A stretch of DNA of 64,000 nucleotides from an uncultured Gemmatimonadales bacterium (GCA_963741945.1 CAVUKA010000001.1:192001-256000), one strand, 5' to 3'; shown: positions 1 through 9,878, counted from the stretch's first letter. Translations and numbers: made by a program. The notes: generated from the letters alone by a model not told the origin.

Positions 1-1324
1 TCACCACGAAGAGCGGGTACTTCCGCTGCGGGTCGAAGCCCGCAGGCGTGTGGAGCACGCCCTCGATCGTCGCTCCATCCCGGCTCTTCCACGAGACCAT
101 CTCCGCCTTGCCGAGGGGCCAGCCGTCGATCTGCGACGTCATCGTCGTCACCGCCGTGGCGGCCAGGCGCGACGCCGGCGAGCGATAGATCTCGGGCAGG
201 CTCGTCGCCGTCTGGCCGAGCAGCGCCATGGTGGTGCCGTCCGCCGAGACGTCGAAGGAGAGGATCACGGGTGGCCCGCCGGGCACGACGGTCGCGCGTC
301 CGCTCGATGGGTCGATCCGGACCAGGCGACGGCTGTCGCCACCCTGCCACGCCACGCCGAACAGCCCCGCCCGGGTCCACGAGAGCCGGCCGATGTCCTC
401 GTCGAAGTCCGCCGCCAGCCGCGTGGGCTCGCCGCCGCCAGGCCCGACGCGGTAGAGTTGCCCGTTCGCGTAGTAGTTCGACGTCGTGTCCCCCGCGTTC
501 GAGCTGTACAGGATCCATTTCCCGTCCGGCGACCAGAGCTCCAGCTCGTCCCCGCCCGGCGCGGTGACCGCCGGCGACGCTGCTTTGGTGGCGACATTGA
601 GAAGGTAGATGTCCGCGCTCGCCCAGGAATTGATGAGCGGGTCGCGCCGCTTCCCGAACGCGATGCGGCGGCCGTCGGGTGACCACTCGAAGGACGTGAC
701 CGTGAAGTCGTCGCCCTCCGTGAGGCGCTGTGCCTCGGGAGGCGAGCCGGGGGATACGTCGACCATCCAGAGGTGCGCCTGCCGGTACTCGTGATCCTCG
801 ATGCTGAAGTCGCCGAGCTTCTCGGTCCACTCCTTCCGGGCCTTCGACTCCGGGTCCTGCGCCCGGAACGCGATGCGCTTCCCGTCAGGCGACCAGCGGA
901 ACGCCTGCACGGCCTCTCCGTGTTTCGTCACCGGCAGGGCCTCGCCGCCGTCGGCCCGCATGGCCCAGACCTGCTGCTTACCGTCCCGCCCCGCCAGGAA
1001 CGCGATCCACGCGCCGTCCGGAGACCACGCCGGCGAATCACTGCTCCCCTCCGGCGAGTTCGTGAGTTGGAACGGCGCTCCTCCCTGCCGGGCCAGCCAC
1101 AGCTCCGTGTCGAAGCGGTTGTCTTCCCAGTCGGCGCTCCGCACCGGGTAGACGATGGAGCGGCCGTCGGGCGAGATGACCGGCGAGCCCGCCCCGCGCA
1201 GCGAGAGGGTCTGCTCGAACGATGGGCCGGGGATCGAGTCCTGGGCTCGCAGCGATGTGGCCGCGGCAGCACCGAGGAACGCGACGTACGCAGCGAGAAG
1301 CAGCGCTGGGCGCTGGAAAGTCAT
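1..1324 (-). CDS. S9-family prolyl oligopeptidase/acylaminoacyl peptidase, N-terminal part; runs off the window edge
   Basis: Open minus frame from ATG 1324 with a signal peptide (MTFQRPALLLAAYVAFLGAAA). Repeated WSPDG beta-propeller blades follow, and it ends at the edge in IEGVLHTPAGFDPQRKYPLFVV, the entry into an S9 catalytic domain. Confidence 0.85.
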   Translation of the reverse strand, partial: MTFQRPALLLAAYVAFLGAAAATSLRAQDSIPGPSFEQTLSLRGAGSPVISPDGRSIVYPVRSADWEDNRFDTELWLARQGGAPFQLTNSPEGSSDSPAWSPDGAWIAFLAGRDGKQQVWAMRADGGEALPVTKHGEAVQAFRWSPDGKRIAFRAQDPESKARKEWTEKLGDFSIEDHEYRQAHLWMVDVSPGSPPEAQRLTEGDDFTVTSFEWSPDGRRIAFGKRRDPLINSWASADIYLLNVATKAASPAVTAPGGDELELWSPDGKWILYSSNAGDTTSNYYANGQLYRVGPGGGEPTRLAADFDEDIGRLSWTRAGLFGVAWQGGDSRRLVRIDPSSGRATVVPGGPPVILSFDVSADGTTMALLGQTATSLPEIYRSPASRLAATAVTTMTSQIDGWPLGKAEMVSWKSRDGATIEGVLHTPAGFDPQRKYPLFVV

Positions 1325-1569
1325 GGTCGGCGTCCGGGAGCGAGGATCGGGATCGGGCCAAGATGCGCACTCCGATCCCGAAACGGAACCCCGCGCGTGC
1401 GTGGACCGCACCGTTCTGAAGCGGTTGCAGCGATCGGCTCCACCTCTCTAGGTTCCGAGACACCTTCGACAGGACCTGTTCGGCCGCTCCGTTGTGCCCG
1501 CACATCGGCGAACCGCGGGGCGGCCCACGGGCCGACGACGACGCGGGCGATGGTGCCGATGAGGACCAC

Positions 1570-2124
1570 ATGATGGCGGCCGCTCTGACCGCACTGCCGG
1601 AATGGCTCGCGCGCTGGGCCGAGCTGTACAGGAGCAGCGTGGCCGTACAGGCCATCGCGCTGTACGGCCACCTGACCGCGGTCGTGCTGGCCGCGGCCTT
1701 CGCGTTGGGTGCGGACCAGAAGATCGTGCGGGCCCGACGGGGCCCTCAGATCCGGCGCGTCCGCGCCCTCCGTGACTGGCGCCGGGCTCACCGGTTCGTC
1801 CTGGCGGGCCTCGCCCTTGGCGTGCTCGCGGGCCTCGGCCTGCTCCTTTCCAACGTCCCGAGATTCCTCCCGTCCTGGATCTTCTGGCTGAAGATGACTC
1901 TTCTCGCCGTGCTGGTCGCCAACGGACGGGTGCTGAAACGGGACGTCGTCTCGCTATGGGCGACCGCGGCCCCCGATCACCGGGGCGAGGCCCCGCCCCC
2001 GGACATCGTCGATGCCGCACCGATTCTGGATGACGCCTGGGACCGGCTCGCCCACGCCGCTCTCCGCAGCGCCTGGCTCTGGGCCGCCACGCTGCTGGCC
2101 GGCGTGCTTCTCACCACTGCGTGA
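1570..2124 (+). CDS. Hypothetical integral membrane protein (about 4 TM)
   Basis: GAGGA RBS upstream, hydrophobic segments, FWLKMTLLAVLVANG motif. Confidence 0.7.
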   Translation: MMAAALTALPEWLARWAELYRSSVAVQAIALYGHLTAVVLAAAFALGADQKIVRARRGPQIRRVRALRDWRRAHRFVLAGLALGVLAGLGLLLSNVPRFLPSWIFWLKMTLLAVLVANGRVLKRDVVSLWATAAPDHRGEAPPPDIVDAAPILDDAWDRLAHAALRSAWLWAATLLAGVLLTTA

Positions 2125-2236
2125 CTGCACACCCCATCACGCCCACCGCCGCCACCCTGCCCCGACCTGACCCGCGAGAGGTCCGCGGCCGCCCGGCGTT
2201 TCGAGGCCGCCCTCACCCGCGGGTCGAGGCGGTCCG

Positions 2237-2390
2237 TCACTCCCCGGGGAAATGCGTCGCCAGGCAGTCGGGGCAGATGCCGTGGCTGAAGTCGATATCG
2301 GAGTGCTGCCGGATGTAGACGTCGATCTGCTGCCAGGCCCCGTCGTCGTTGCGGATCTTCCTGCAATAGCTGCAGATCGGGGTCTTGCGC
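2237..2390 (-). pseudogene. Isolated Cys/His-rich C-terminal signalling domain (ICxxC...SHGICPxC) with no clear start of its own
   Basis: PICSYCRKIRNDDGAWQQIDVYIRQHSDIDFSHGICPDC. The only in-frame ATG (2470) lies inside the upstream gene. Confidence 0.6.
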
Positions 2391-2402
2391 CTGGTGTATC
2401 TT

Positions 2403-3110
2403 TCATCCGGGCGGCGATTTCCGGGTTTCCCGGACAGCACCGGGTCCTGCCTCTTTCGGAGCCGCAGCATCGCTCCGCTCCGGGCTCGCCTCCTGCAGCC
2501 CCTCGCGCACGCCCTCGGCGTCGTGGTTGGTGCCGTACACGGGCGTGCCGGGCTGCTGGCGCCAGGACTCGTCGAGTGGGCCGGCGTCGATGGCGTCGAA
2601 GCCCAGCTCCTCGACGAGGCTCATGACGACCGCCTTCGCGCGCGCGTCGTCGCCGGCCACGGGGAGGGCGATGCGGTCGGCGGCGTCCTTCGGCCGGCCG
2701 CGGGTCATGAGGTCCTGCGCGTGGATGTTGTTGAACGCCTTCACCACGGGTCGACCGAGCTGCTCCGACACCCAGCGGCTCTCGGGGGTGCCCTCTTCGA
2801 TGGGGGCGATCCGGCCGTCGCGCTGCGGGTAGTAGTTGCACGTGTCCACGACCACGACGTCGTCGGGGACGCCGTCGAAGAGGTCGTCGGGCAGCTCGGG
2901 GACGGCGCCCTCCGGGATCGTGACGACGACGACGTCGCCAGAGCGAGCGGCCTCGCGGGCGGTCACGGGCGTTGCGCCGGTCTCGTCGGCGAGCTCCTGG
3001 AGGGTCCCGGGGCCGCGGGAGTTCGCGACGGAGACCTCGTACCCGAGGTCGCGGAAGCGCCGGGTGAGCGTTCCGCCGATGTGGCCAGCGCCGATGATGC
3101 CGAACTTCAT
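2403..3110 (-). CDS. NAD(P)-binding oxidoreductase, NADPH-dependent F420 reductase family
   Basis: GIIGAGHIG Rossmann motif, ANSRGP, VVKAFNNI, DAGPLDESWRQQPGTPVY. Confidence 0.9.
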   Translation of the reverse strand: MKFGIIGAGHIGGTLTRRFRDLGYEVSVANSRGPGTLQELADETGATPVTAREAARSGDVVVVTIPEGAVPELPDDLFDGVPDDVVVVDTCNYYPQRDGRIAPIEEGTPESRWVSEQLGRPVVKAFNNIHAQDLMTRGRPKDAADRIALPVAGDDARAKAVVMSLVEELGFDAIDAGPLDESWRQQPGTPVYGTNHDAEGVREGLQEASPERSDAAAPKEAGPGAVRETRKSPPG

Positions 3111-3472
3111 GGGTCCTCTCAGTCCTGGAGTGAGGGTCGGCCAGTCGACCGGGGTCGATCAGGCCATCGAGCTCGCGTAAGCACTGTCCGTGCCTACTTC
3201 GTGCCGGCCGAGGCTGGGCCCCGCTTCCACGAGGCCACTCTCTTCTCCGCCGACAATGCCCGCACCCTCACCGCGTGTCCCGCTCCCCCCGCACGGTCCG
3301 CCCGCCGCCCCGCGGAGGTCGGGCACGGTGCGATTCTCGCAGTGCAGGCCGCGCCGCCGGAGGGGCGAGCCGAGCGGCCGCCCGGGGAGGGCGTAGACCG
3401 TCCCGCTCCGGCTGGCCGGGGGAGCCCGGCCGGGCTCGATTCTCGCCTGCCGCCGAGACCGGATGACCGACC

Positions 3473-4423
3473 ATGACCCACATCCCTTTCCTGTTCGACA
3501 CGGGGCCGATCATCGCCCTGCAGCGCTTGTTCGGCCTCGGCTGGCCGGAGCCCTGGGTCGCCGTCTCGCTGCTGGGGATCAACTGGGGGATCATACTGGC
3601 CGTGGGCATTGCGCTCTGGATGTGGGGCCGCCGGGTGGCGTACGGGCTGCTGGCGGTGGTGGTGGTCGAGGGCGGGCTGAAGATGGCGCTCAATCAGGTC
3701 GTGAGCATGCCACGCCCGGATGCCCCGGGTCTGGTGAAGTACGAGCATGTCAGTGTCTCGTCGTTCCCAAGCGGCCACGTTTCCACGGCGACGGCGCTGT
3801 GGAGCTGGCTTGCCATCCGGGGCCGGGTCTCGTGGGCGATCCCCGCGGTCGTCGCCGTCCTGGTCGGCACCAGCCGGCTGTATCTCGGCGTCCACTACGT
3901 GGGCGATGTGGTGGGCGCCGTCCTGCTCGCGGCCGTGGCCGTGGTCCTGGTGCAGTCGATCTGGCCACCGGTTCGTGCCTGGCTGGCCGCGCGTCCGTTC
4001 GCCCTGTTCGCGGGCGCGGCCATGCTCGCCCTCGCCTTCGTGGTGGCCGGCCCGTTCCTCTACTTCGGCGAGGACCCCTACCGCTGGCGCGCCGGGGGGC
4101 TCATCGCCGGCTTCGCCATGGCCCTCCCGGTGGAATACCGCTTCGTGAAGTACGAGCCAGGGGAGCAGTCATGGGGTCGCACGGTCGCCATGCTGCTCAT
4201 CGGTGGGACGGTCATTGCCATCCTCGCCGCGGGCGACCAGCTGACGGACTCGAACGTGCTCAGCCTGGTTCTGGCCACGCTGGCCGGGCTGTGGGCCCTG
4301 CTGGTCGCGCCGGCCATGTTCGTCCTTCTCGGCTGGTGCCGACGGCCGGACCGGTCCGCGAACGGGGCAGGCTCGAGGGGCGACGCGTCCCGGGCGCCGC
4401 CGCCCGAAGATCCTTTGTCGTGA
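3473..4423 (+). CDS. PAP2-family membrane phosphatase
   Basis: K-x-RP, SFPSGH and SRLYLGVHYxxD motifs, multiple TM segments. Confidence 0.9.
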   Translation: MTHIPFLFDTGPIIALQRLFGLGWPEPWVAVSLLGINWGIILAVGIALWMWGRRVAYGLLAVVVVEGGLKMALNQVVSMPRPDAPGLVKYEHVSVSSFPSGHVSTATALWSWLAIRGRVSWAIPAVVAVLVGTSRLYLGVHYVGDVVGAVLLAAVAVVLVQSIWPPVRAWLAARPFALFAGAAMLALAFVVAGPFLYFGEDPYRWRAGGLIAGFAMALPVEYRFVKYEPGEQSWGRTVAMLLIGGTVIAILAAGDQLTDSNVLSLVLATLAGLWALLVAPAMFVLLGWCRRPDRSANGAGSRGDASRAPPPEDPLS

Positions 4424-4657
4424 GGTTCCGGGCGCCGGAGCGGGATCCGGCCGGGAGTCGGTGGACCGGGGGAAGTCTCATCGGTTCGAGTCCGCTCCGA
4501 TCCCCCGTTGATGAATCTCTCGCGTCAGCTGGTTGACCTGCTCCGTGCGACGGGGCGGCTCGCTGAGACCCGGGGCGGTCGACTCGGCCACTCGGGGGCA
4601 CCGCGGGCCGCCTCCACCGCTCCAAACCGGCCCCAGGACCACGGGACCGCTCGGGCC

Positions 4658-5560
4658 TCAGGGCTGCGGGATGCGCACCGTGGCCCACCCATCGCCGGCC
4701 GGTCCCGCGTAGCGCGCGTCGCCCACGGTGACCGACGAGCCTGCCGCGCGGAAGAAGGGATAGCGCGACCAGACCAGGAACCGGCGGCCGCGGTCGCTGG
4801 CCTCGACGGCGGGACGCAGCTCGGAGTTCCGGGGCAGTGCGCCATAGGCCCGGAAGCCGGAATCCGGCGCATATCCGCCGAACTGGTAGGTATCGGGCTC
4901 CTCGACCAGGATGCTGCGGCGGAGGGGGTTCAGGGCCACGGGCGAGGCGAGCACGTGGACCGGAGACCCGTGCGCACCGGCGCCGAGGCTCCGCTCGATC
5001 CTGGAGCGGACCGTGGCGCTCCACCCCCACATCCCGACACCGTAGAGGACGCACGCCGCGAGCGCCGCGCGGGCGGCGGCCGGCCCGAAGCGTCGAGCCA
5101 GGATGATGCCGGTCACGAGCGCGAGCCAGATCCACGGGTCGGCGATGAACCACGCGTCCCCGTGGTACCAGTGCCAGGAGAAGGGCGCCAGCAGGCGGAC
5201 CCCGTACGTGTTCATCCAGTCCAGCAGCGGGTGGGACCAGACCGCCAGCGTGGCCGCGGCGAGGAGCGGACCCGGTCGCGCCCGGGGCCGTGCGGGCGCC
5301 GTGCGTCGCCTGGCTCGCCAGCGGTCGAAGAGGAGCAGTCCGCCCGTCAGGACCAGCGGGAGGACGGCCATGGCGAGGATCCCGTGGGTCCAGCCGCGGC
5401 GGAACGCCAGGGCGTGGGTTTCGCCCCAGGCGTACGCGGCCGCGTCCACGTCCGGCAGGTTGGCGCCGATGAGGAGGGCCGCGTAGGCCAGCGGCGTCCA
5501 GCGGCGGGCGCCGGACTCCGCCATGGCGGCGCCCACGAGGGTATGCGTGAGGTTGTCCAT
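4658..5560 (-). CDS. Membrane-bound metal-dependent hydrolase (YdjM-like)
   Basis: MDNLTHTLVG, ANLPDVD, RRGWTHG, SHPLLDWMNTYG. Confidence 0.9.
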   Translation of the reverse strand: MDNLTHTLVGAAMAESGARRWTPLAYAALLIGANLPDVDAAAYAWGETHALAFRRGWTHGILAMAVLPLVLTGGLLLFDRWRARRRTAPARPRARPGPLLAAATLAVWSHPLLDWMNTYGVRLLAPFSWHWYHGDAWFIADPWIWLALVTGIILARRFGPAAARAALAACVLYGVGMWGWSATVRSRIERSLGAGAHGSPVHVLASPVALNPLRRSILVEEPDTYQFGGYAPDSGFRAYGALPRNSELRPAVEASDRGRRFLVWSRYPFFRAAGSSVTVGDARYAGPAGDGWATVRIPQP

Positions 5561-5795
5561 GCAGCGGGAACCTTCCAGAGCGCAGGCTGTTCTCGGGGGG
5601 ATGAGCCAGGTGTGATCGCGTCAACATCTCAAAATACCCGATCCTCGTCCCCTTCGCGCGGATCCTCGCAGGGCCGGTGCTGGAAGCGGTGTAGCGGGCG
5701 ACGGGGGCCGGCCCTCTGAAACCCTGCCGACGCTCCTTCCGTCAGGGCACGGAGCGGCGTCACGGGGGCGCCGGACACGGAAGGGTCAGGGTGCA

Positions 5796-6710
5796 ATGAC
5801 GGTCATCGAGACGCAGGGGCTGACCAAGCGCTACCGCCGCCACCTCGCGGTGGACGGCGTTTCGTTCGCAGTGGAGCGCGGCCAGATCTTCGGGTTCCTG
5901 GGGCCGAACGGGTCCGGGAAGACCACCACCATCGGGATGCTGCTGGGCATCACGTCGCCCACGGCGGGGCACTTCCGCCTCTTCGGCGAGCCGGGTCCCG
6001 GACGGATGCACCGGGTGCGCCAGCGGATCGGCGCCACACTGGAACAGCCCAATTTCTACCCCTACCTCAGCGGTTTCGACAACCTCCGAATCGCCGCCAA
6101 CGTGAAGGGCGTGGGAGCCGCGGCGATCGAGGAAGCGCTGGCGGTGGTGCGCCTGGGCGACCGCGGTCGCGACACGTACCGCACGTACTCGCTGGGGATG
6201 AAGCAGCGCCTGGCGCTGGCGGCCACGATCGTTGCGGATCCGGAGCTCATCCTCCTGGACGAGCCGGCGAACGGCCTCGACCCGGAGGGGATGCGCGAGA
6301 TACGGCAGGTGATCCTGGAGCTGGGCGAGCGCGGCAAGACCATCTTCCTGTCCAGCCACCTCCTGCACGATGTGGAGCGGACCTGCACCCACGTGGCGGT
6401 GATCCGGAAGGGGCGGATCGTGCGTCAGGAGAGCGTGGAGGCGCTGCTCTCGAACAACGTGGCGGCCGAGCTCCACGGGCCCGACCCGGTGGTGTTGGCG
6501 GCGGCGGTGGCGGAGTACCCGCGCACGGTGAGCGCGCGCCGCGAGGGCGATGTGGTGGTCGCGCAGCTCGGGGACCGGGACCTGGGCGCGCTCAACCGCT
6601 TCCTGGCAGGCCGAGGTGTGTACGTGGACCGGCTGGCGGAGCGCCGGCGGTCGCTGGAGGAGGCCTTCCTGGAGATCACCACGGCGGATGTGGAGGAGGT
6701 GGCGGCATGA
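5796..6710 (+). CDS. ABC transporter ATP-binding protein (ABC-2/BcrA-like)
   Basis: GPNGSGKTT, YSLGMKQRL, ILLDEP, SSH switch. Confidence 0.95.
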   Translation: MTVIETQGLTKRYRRHLAVDGVSFAVERGQIFGFLGPNGSGKTTTIGMLLGITSPTAGHFRLFGEPGPGRMHRVRQRIGATLEQPNFYPYLSGFDNLRIAANVKGVGAAAIEEALAVVRLGDRGRDTYRTYSLGMKQRLALAATIVADPELILLDEPANGLDPEGMREIRQVILELGERGKTIFLSSHLLHDVERTCTHVAVIRKGRIVRQESVEALLSNNVAAELHGPDPVVLAAAVAEYPRTVSARREGDVVVAQLGDRDLGALNRFLAGRGVYVDRLAERRRSLEEAFLEITTADVEEVAA

Positions 6711-7540
6711 CGACGATGGTGCTGGCGAGGAACGAATGGCTGAAGACCACGCGCCGGCTGGCGTTCTGGATCACACTTCTGTGCCTGGCGGGTCTCATGG
6801 GAATCGTCTTCTGGGATCGGCACAGTACGGGTGTGAACAGCGCCAAGGTCGCGCCGTTCACCCTCCCGGACGGCTGGCGTTACATCCTCTCGGAGGCGGG
6901 CCCGATGCCCGCCATGTTCGGCGCGGTCCTGATCATCATGCTGGTGGCCAGCGAGTTCTCGTGGCGCACGGCCAGGCAGAACGTGATCGACGGGCTGTCG
7001 CGGGGACAGTTCTTCGCGGGAAAGACGCTGCTGCTCCCCGCCGTTGCCGTGGCCACGCTGCTCCCGGTGGTGCTGGTGGGCGCCACCGTGGCGCTCCTGG
7101 ACACGGCGCCGTCCGCCCTGGCCGGGGCGCTCCCGGGGCAGGAAGACCTTGCGTTCGCCGGTGGCGACCTCCTGGCCGTCGGCGTGATGGCGGCCATGGC
7201 GCTCCTGCTGGCCACCACGGTCCGCAGTTCCGGACCCGCCATGGCCCTCTACTTCTTCTATATCGCTTTCGGTGAGCGCATCCTGGCAGGCGCGGCCGCA
7301 AGGCTCATCCCCGCCGCGGCGGCGCTGGGGCCGTACTGGCCGTGGCAGGTGGTTTCCCGGCTGACGGAGGAGGGGACGTACTACGCCCCGGTGCGACAGG
7401 CGGCAGTGGAGGAGGCAGCGACGAAGGGGGCAGCCGCCCCGACGTTCATCGATCCCGCGGTGCTCTCGGCTGTGGCCGTCGCCTGGATCCTGGTGTTCGC
7501 GCTGGGGGGATACCTGGCCTTCCGCCGCAGGGATCTCTAA
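6707..7540 (+). CDS. ABC-2 type permease
   Basis: ATGA overlap with the ATPase, NEWLK start, ASEFSWRT, FRRRDL end, about 6 TM. Confidence 0.9.
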   Translation: MTTMVLARNEWLKTTRRLAFWITLLCLAGLMGIVFWDRHSTGVNSAKVAPFTLPDGWRYILSEAGPMPAMFGAVLIIMLVASEFSWRTARQNVIDGLSRGQFFAGKTLLLPAVAVATLLPVVLVGATVALLDTAPSALAGALPGQEDLAFAGGDLLAVGVMAAMALLLATTVRSSGPAMALYFFYIAFGERILAGAAARLIPAAAALGPYWPWQVVSRLTEEGTYYAPVRQAAVEEAATKGAAAPTFIDPAVLSAVAVAWILVFALGGYLAFRRRDL

Positions 7541-7726
7541 CCGGGTCGGCCGGCCGGGCTGTCGAGGGTGGACGGGCTCCGGCTCCCGTCCGGCACATCC
7601 GTGGCCTTGAGGCCGAGGCGGGCCGAAGCAATCCCCTGGGTCGGCGCCGCGCTGTTGAAGCTCGGCTTCACGACGACGCGGCGGGTGCCCGTCCCTCGGG
7701 GATCAGCATCCGCCGCGCCTGCGTCA

Positions 7727-9160
7727 TCACAACCGCACGACCACCTTCCCCTCCCCCCGCTCCACCTCGGCCCCTTCGAAGCGCGCCTCGAAACCGGCCG
7801 CCCGCACCACCACCGCGCCATCCTCGAGCGTGACTGCCGGCTCTTCGGCGAACCCGGTCACCACCAGCGCCGCGAAACCGTTGCCCAGCGGGTCGCCCCC
7901 GATGCCGCGCGTGAGCGCCGACCGGTCCAGCACCTCCACCTGGCCGCGGGCGTTGCCGAGCCGCACCCAGCGGGTGTGAAGCAGCTCGGCGCCACCCAGG
8001 CGGATGAGGTTGGCCGGGTCCAGGTTGCGCAGCCCGAGCGGCGCCGCCTCCGTCGCTTCCACGGTGATGCGCCAGCCATCGCGCGCAAGGAATGCGGCCC
8101 GCGCGGAGTCCCGCCGCGCCCGCACGCCGGCCACATCGCGGTCCGCCCGGGCCCGCGCCGCGCGCAGGTCATGGCGCCACGGCACCGGCCGCGCGCCCGC
8201 AACCGCCGGCAGCGCGGCGAGGGCCCGGTCCAGCGACGGGGCGGCCCCGGCCTCCACGGCCGCCTCCCATTGCGGGTCGAGCCGCTCCAGCACGGTCGTG
8301 AGCGCCAGCCCCATGGCGTAGTTGCGCATGAACAGCGCTTCCGGCTCGAAGCCGTCCGCGGGCAGCGTCATGAGCCCCGCCCGGGAGCCCGTGCTCGCGG
8401 CCTGCACGTGCTGCGCGGTGCCCTCCATCAGCTCCATGCCTCGCTCGAACCGCACCACTGACGCCGGCAGCAGCGCGTACCGTTCGCGCCGCGCTTCCAC
8501 CGCCGCGGCGGCCAGCGCCGCAACGCTGTCGGGGTTCGTCGCCTCGAGCGCACGCCGCAGAAGCGCCGTCTCCATGCGACGCAGCGCCAGCACGCGCGCG
8601 TCCGCCACCGGCGTCTCCAGCCCCATGCCACCCGGGCCCCAGTCCGGGTGCGCGCGCGCCTCGTAGGCGTGGAACGCCTCGTGGACCGCCACGCCCGCCC
8701 GGTCACGGGGGGAGGGGAACGCCTCCAGCGTTGAAAGCAGCAGCGTGGCCGTGGTCACGCCCCCGATCTTCGCCGTGCTGTTCGCCCGCACCGCCTCGTG
8801 CTGCCCTTCCGCCACCCACACGCCGGGCGCACCGGCCTCCTCGAATCCGGGCGGCGGCGACGGGTGGTCCAGCAGCCACGTCCGCCCGCCCCCGGCAATC
8901 GCCACCGGGTACTCCCCAGGATCGAACCCCGGCCACACCCGGCGTCCGGCCAGATCCCCGTACGCCGCCTTGATCGCCAGCACCTCCGCGAGCGCCGCCC
9001 CCGTATCGGCGGCCGCCGCCAGCGCCCGCCCCCGCTCCTGTGCGGTCTCCGGCTCCATCTCCCGCTCGGTCTCCTGCGCACCGAGCGCCGCCGGCCACGC
9101 GCCCATCCCAAGCAGCACCACCAGCACCGCCGATCCGCCTCGCTGCCGCTGTCCCAGCAC
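7727..9160 (-). CDS. Secreted hypothetical protein, putative zinc metallopeptidase
   Basis: GGAGG RBS before GTG 9160, signal peptide, VHEAFH (HExxH) and downstream MEGTA. Confidence 0.65.
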   Translation of the reverse strand: MLGQRQRGGSAVLVVLLGMGAWPAALGAQETEREMEPETAQERGRALAAAADTGAALAEVLAIKAAYGDLAGRRVWPGFDPGEYPVAIAGGGRTWLLDHPSPPPGFEEAGAPGVWVAEGQHEAVRANSTAKIGGVTTATLLLSTLEAFPSPRDRAGVAVHEAFHAYEARAHPDWGPGGMGLETPVADARVLALRRMETALLRRALEATNPDSVAALAAAAVEARRERYALLPASVVRFERGMELMEGTAQHVQAASTGSRAGLMTLPADGFEPEALFMRNYAMGLALTTVLERLDPQWEAAVEAGAAPSLDRALAALPAVAGARPVPWRHDLRAARARADRDVAGVRARRDSARAAFLARDGWRITVEATEAAPLGLRNLDPANLIRLGGAELLHTRWVRLGNARGQVEVLDRSALTRGIGGDPLGNGFAALVVTGFAEEPAVTLEDGAVVVRAAGFEARFEGAEVERGEGKVVVRL

Positions 9161-9248
9161 GTCCGACCTCCCATTTCGGGTTCGTCCCGCCAATGTCCCC
9201 TCTACGGCCGCAATTGTGACGGGGATTCACTTGAGTGGGGGGGAGGTG

Positions 9249-9569
9249 CGTGAGGCCGGGCAGCAGCGCGTTGCAGCGCACGCCTGTCTCGGCGCATTCC
9301 ACCGCGAAGGCCCTGGTCATCGAGATCACGGCCGCCTTGGTGATGGAATAGATGCCCTGCTGGAAACCGGGCACCACGCCGTTGACCGAGGCCACGTTGA
9401 CCATGGCTCCGCCTCCGTTCTTCGCCATCAATTTGGCACCGTGGCTCGACATGTAGAAGTAGCCGCGGATGTTCACGTCCACCGTCTTCTGGAAGACCGT
9501 CGCATCGGTTTCGGTGATCGGGCCGAAGTAGGGGTTGGTGGCGGCGTTGTTGACCAGCACGTCGAGCCG
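9249..9569 (-). pseudogene. Internal fragment of a short-chain dehydrogenase/reductase
   Basis: RLDVLVNNAATNPYFG...VNVAS...YSITK (YxxxK)...RCNALLPGLT. The N-terminal TGxxxGIG motif and the C-terminus are both missing. Confidence 0.9.
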
Positions 9570-9570
9570 C

Positions 9571-9779
9571 CTGGGTGATCCCGAGCAGGTCCGCCGCTTC
9601 GGTCCGTTTGAGGCCACGTTCCCTCAGCTCCTTCCGAATCGCCCTGGCGAGCTCCGCCTTGGCGAGGCGCTCTTCCGCGTCCCGCGAGTCCATGTCCGCG
9701 AAGATGTTCCCGCTCCTTTCACCTATTGTAGTCTCTTCGCTCATATCACTCTCCGAACCGCCGCCGATGGTCCTCGGCG
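9571..9779 (-). pseudogene. Remnant of a RelE/Gp49-like toxin (last ~10 codons) plus a 3'-truncated XRE/HTH antitoxin
   Basis: AEDHRRRFGE* followed by MSEETTIGERSGNIFADMDSRDAEERLAKAELARAIRKEL...LLGITQ. Clearly paralogous to 31622-32330. Confidence 0.9.
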
Positions 9780-9878
9780 GGCACCAGCCAGGCCGCGCCG
9801 CACGTCACCGGCCTCGCGGCGCTTGCGGTGGAGGACGTGGGCCGCAACCCGGCGCAGGTGCGGGCCCATATCCGCCGG
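9777..9878 (+). pseudogene. Fragment of an S8 subtilase spanning the catalytic serine
   Basis: AGTSQAAPHVTGLAALAVEDVGRNPAQVRAHI matches the GTSxAxPHVxG motif. Confidence 0.8.

Noticed and set aside
4470-4506. GGTTCGAGTCC resembling a tRNA T-loop
   Set aside because: The T-stem is mismatched and I could not build acceptor, D or anticodon arms.
8703-9744. ORF-track proteins 8703-9617 and 9202-9744 as real fusion genes
   Set aside because: They are read-through products across fragment junctions, with incomplete domains and nonsense tails.
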